Below are positions 60,837-64,000 of a DNA stretch of 64,000 nucleotides, piece after piece (positions within the stretch are counted from its first letter, which is position 1; every line of letters starts with the position of its first letter). The notes below the pieces were generated by a model. That model was given only the letters and a program-made list of their open reading frames with translations. It was not told the DNA's origin and searched no databases. A program made the position numbers and the translations under genes. Source of the stretch: Macrostomum lignano (taxonomy: Eukaryota); the NCBI GenBank assembly GCA_002269645.1, contig NIVC01001024.1:310001-374000 (forward strand). The letters are read 5' to 3'.

Positions 60837-62299
60837 ATCGAACAGGATTTGCGATGATTCTCACCGAAGGACAGTTTGATGGGGCCAGAAACTATCAGAT
60901 GTTTCTGGAGTATGCAGCCTTCAAAGTGCTCTTCGATTACACGGATGGCAATTCGAGCTCAATCAAGACAGCCATCATGCTTCCAAAAGAAACTGAAGGA
61001 AATGTTGTCCTTTATCTAGTTGTACGCACACATCGCAACGACATCGTCTTGCAAGAAATAGTCGATGAACTTTCTAAACAGCAATCGTCTCAAAAGTGCA
61101 GCAGTAGCATTTTGCTTATCTTCTGCGAAGTGTCCGAGTCTGAAGAGAATTTCGCGAACACTCAGATGCCCGAGGAGCTACCCGAGAAGTTTAGCCTTGT
61201 CAGAGTTGGCGGGAGTCGGTGCGGCGTGATTGAATTTCTGGACTCCCTGCTGGAATCTCCCAGGAAGAACATCTCTCTCAATGGCAGCCTTGTGGTTGGT
61301 AGAGATTTTTCCTGCCACTCCTGCCATCACGGCATAATGCACTGCAAAGTCAATGATGAAAACCCAGGCTGGAGGAAGAGAATCACTTGGCTTGAAAACT
61401 TTTATATAGAAGAGAGTTCATCGCACCCAAATCTGTCTTCAATTGACGTTAGTGACGACACGCAGACGAGACCAGCAATAAGAGGTTCTCTCCGATTAGA
61501 GAGTTTCAGAAGCGAATGGAATGCACCTGGATTAGACACTCAAGAGTGCAAGGCTGTAGCCCTCATCGTTCAAAACGTTGTCTTCCAGAAAAAGGAACTA
61601 TCTACTCGGTTCGGAAGTCAGTACGACTGCCAGCGAATGGCTGACACTTTGCTCAGGCTTGGCTACTCAGTGAGCATCAGGTCGAATCTCACCAAAGTAG
61701 AAATTGAAAGCGAATTAGACATGTTTTGCAGTGACGCACGACACGGCAGCTCAGTCGTAGTTGCTTTTATGTCTCACGGATGTCTCGGTGAAGTAGTTGG
61801 TTTCGACGGCGAATCAGCGAAGGAAAGTAAAATTCTAAAACGAATTTCCAAAGGAAACCGCACAAGTGAAAAGCAGCAATTGGTCATCTTCCAGAACTGT
61901 CTAGACCCTGGTCGATTGCCTAAATCAGAGCTGTCGTTTTTTCCTGGCATGATCGTCGCTCACTCGACTTCGCCGAATGAAAGCAGCTATCGAATGACAG
62001 ACAGAGGCAGTCGGTTCATCCAGTGTCTGTGCACTGTTCTCGACCTGTTCGCCGACACGTGCGACATTGCGTCAATGGTTCCTATCGTTAATTATGTGGT
62101 GCAAAACGCTACTTTTTATATGGGCATCAGCCAGCTGCCCTGGTGGTCTGTGCAGACAAGCAAGAAATTTTGGATTCGAGTCAATGAGCCTCCTCAAAGC
62201 AGTCGTGAATCGCGCCATCAAGCCAATTCAGCTAGGAACCAAACAACGAATGACTGCAGGGTTCAGGTGACGGAACTTCTTCAAAAAATGCGGTTGTAA
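60837..62299 (+). CDS. Multi-caspase-domain gene exon 5: degenerate caspase-fold domain plus caspase domain with catalytic dyad
   Basis: TTTCAG acceptor in phase 1. KAVALIV...TRFGSQYD...LGYSV...VVVAFMSHG...LVIFQNC...IVAHST...SYR...GSRFIQCL. Confidence 0.9.
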
Positions 62300-62594
62300 T
62301 AATCTACGCAGAGGCAGTTTATCAATTTGACTATTGTGGTGACTGAATAGGTTTAATTGCTTATATTGTAGCTACCAGTGGCAATATTTTAATTCTTACA
62401 TTTTTTCTTAGCGGTTCAAAATCTGATGAATTTCTGTGAGAGCGGTATATATGATTTTAACATTCAAACCATAAAAAATTTACTATTGACAACTGTTGGG
62501 ACAATTAAAGATAACGCCTGTTTATAGGCGTTTGTAAATTTGTTTTACTTTGAAGACTTTTTACACAAATATTAAATTAATAAACTGCTAGTTA

Positions 62595-62938
62595 GCTTCT
62601 TGGTTAGAGGCAGGGGGCTGTTTACCCTGGTGCACTTTAAGCGACATTGTCACACAATCAGCGAGAGGCATTACTGCCCATTCCGCCGGCTCCCCTAAGC
62701 AGGCACACAAGCAAGCGCGCGGATATGTATACAGTCATTCGTAAAGGCACACACGCACACAGGGGTGTACAGTGGCTTTAACAATTTTTATCGCTAGGCA
62801 TGTACACTTTACTGTGTCTTGAGGTTGGCCCTTAAGGCCGTTACTTGCATGAGCAGAGCCAAGCTGACTGCACTTGGAATCGAGTATGGACCGCTGGCAC
62901 ATCAGAACGCCGCGTTAGACCACAAGGCTACGGCCCCC
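62595..62938 (-). mobile_element. SINE family B copy
   Basis: Matches 33590-33964, including the GCTACGGCCCC head end. Confidence 0.78.
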
Positions 62939-64000
62939 GTAATAAATTACTACGTAGTATAATAACATAATTATTACAAAAGGAGCGTGTTTCCGTAAGT
63001 GCTTCGATGGAACAAATTTGTTTTTATTGTTTTAATGAAAGACGTTAGACTGACCATTCTAAACAGTTTAAGCCAGTCTAAGTTAAAAACAGCAGCAGAA
63101 ATGCTCTCGCTATAACTAACCGTTGCCGAATTTTTAATTGAGAAAAATGTTATCCTAGTGTATGTTTTCATTATTAAAACTAATTATAAATGATTACAAA
63201 GTTTTCCTGATTTTTAATGTTTTATTGAAAGAAGTATAATTAGCATTGGAGTACGAGTTGTATTTAATGTAATCGATCTTTTGAATTTGAATGTATCAAA
63301 ATCGCAAACTGCGACTGGCCCTCGATAGTAGTGCATCACTGCATTAGATTTTCCTCCAGCTCTGATTATTTTATTTATAGTAAACATAAAACTAACAGGC
63401 TCGTAAACTGCTGATTCCTAATTCAATTGTTATTTAAATGTGAACGATTATCAATCAAGTACAACAACTAAGTTCAAATAAATCAAAGGAAACTAAGAGT
63501 TTTCCGCTTGTCACCGAATGTCTGCTTTTTTTATTTTGACCAACGTTTAGTATAACTTAGCTAGTTAATATATAGGTGTATCTACAAGTGTATAGGAGTA
63601 CGAGTGCATATAGTAGTATAGAAAGTATATATACATGGTTACTAGCTTAGCTAGCTTAGAATTAGTTTTACATTACAAAAAAGCTTTATGGGATATTTTA
63701 ACTTTCCATCCAACAATCCAAATTTCCCCCTTTCAGATGAATTACAAAAAAATTGTTATATAACTAAGCCTTATCTGGTATTCGAAGAAACGATCCAACT
63801 CAGTATCGATGGCTGATTTTCCTGACACATTTGAGACCGAAAGCCCAGCTACTAGTAAGTGCAAACCTACAATAAAATTATTTAGCAAATAAATTCGAAC
63901 AAACATAGGCTGATTGATTCCTCTGAGTAATTTTTCCCACATTTAAATTTTCAGTATTGCACGAACTTTCAACAGTTTCAGGTCTGTTAGATGTTTAAAA

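Noticed and set aside
63742-63942. 66-aa minus-strand ORF at the window end
   Set aside because: AT-rich with no motif. It might be an exon of a gene outside the window, but that cannot be supported here.

Overview
Repeat-rich eukaryotic (animal) genomic window. GT-AG introns, GC-rich Ala/Pro-rich exons in an AT-rich background and the repeat families suggest an invertebrate such as a free-living flatworm; this is inference only. Host genes: (1) a six-exon Capicua-like gene that appears to encode only the Cic-L N-terminal module, with no HMG box in the window; (2) an intronless GT7/beta-1,4-galactosyltransferase; (3) a five-exon, ~1016-aa gene that appears to contain up to four tandem caspase-fold domains, of which only the last keeps the catalytic His/Cys. 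Most of the rest is transposon-derived or tandemly repeated: a Gypsy integrase end, MULE remnants and MITEs, P-like TIR elements, a 7.2-kb CCCAG/TA TIR element carrying a DUF4806-like gene, mariner and DD41D elements, a full-length but disabled LOA/R1-type LINE plus a 5'-truncated copy, two tRNA-SINE families, a solo LTR, and several satellites. Most other ORFs in the track are artefacts of these repeats. All family calls come from motif recognition by eye; no database searches were run.
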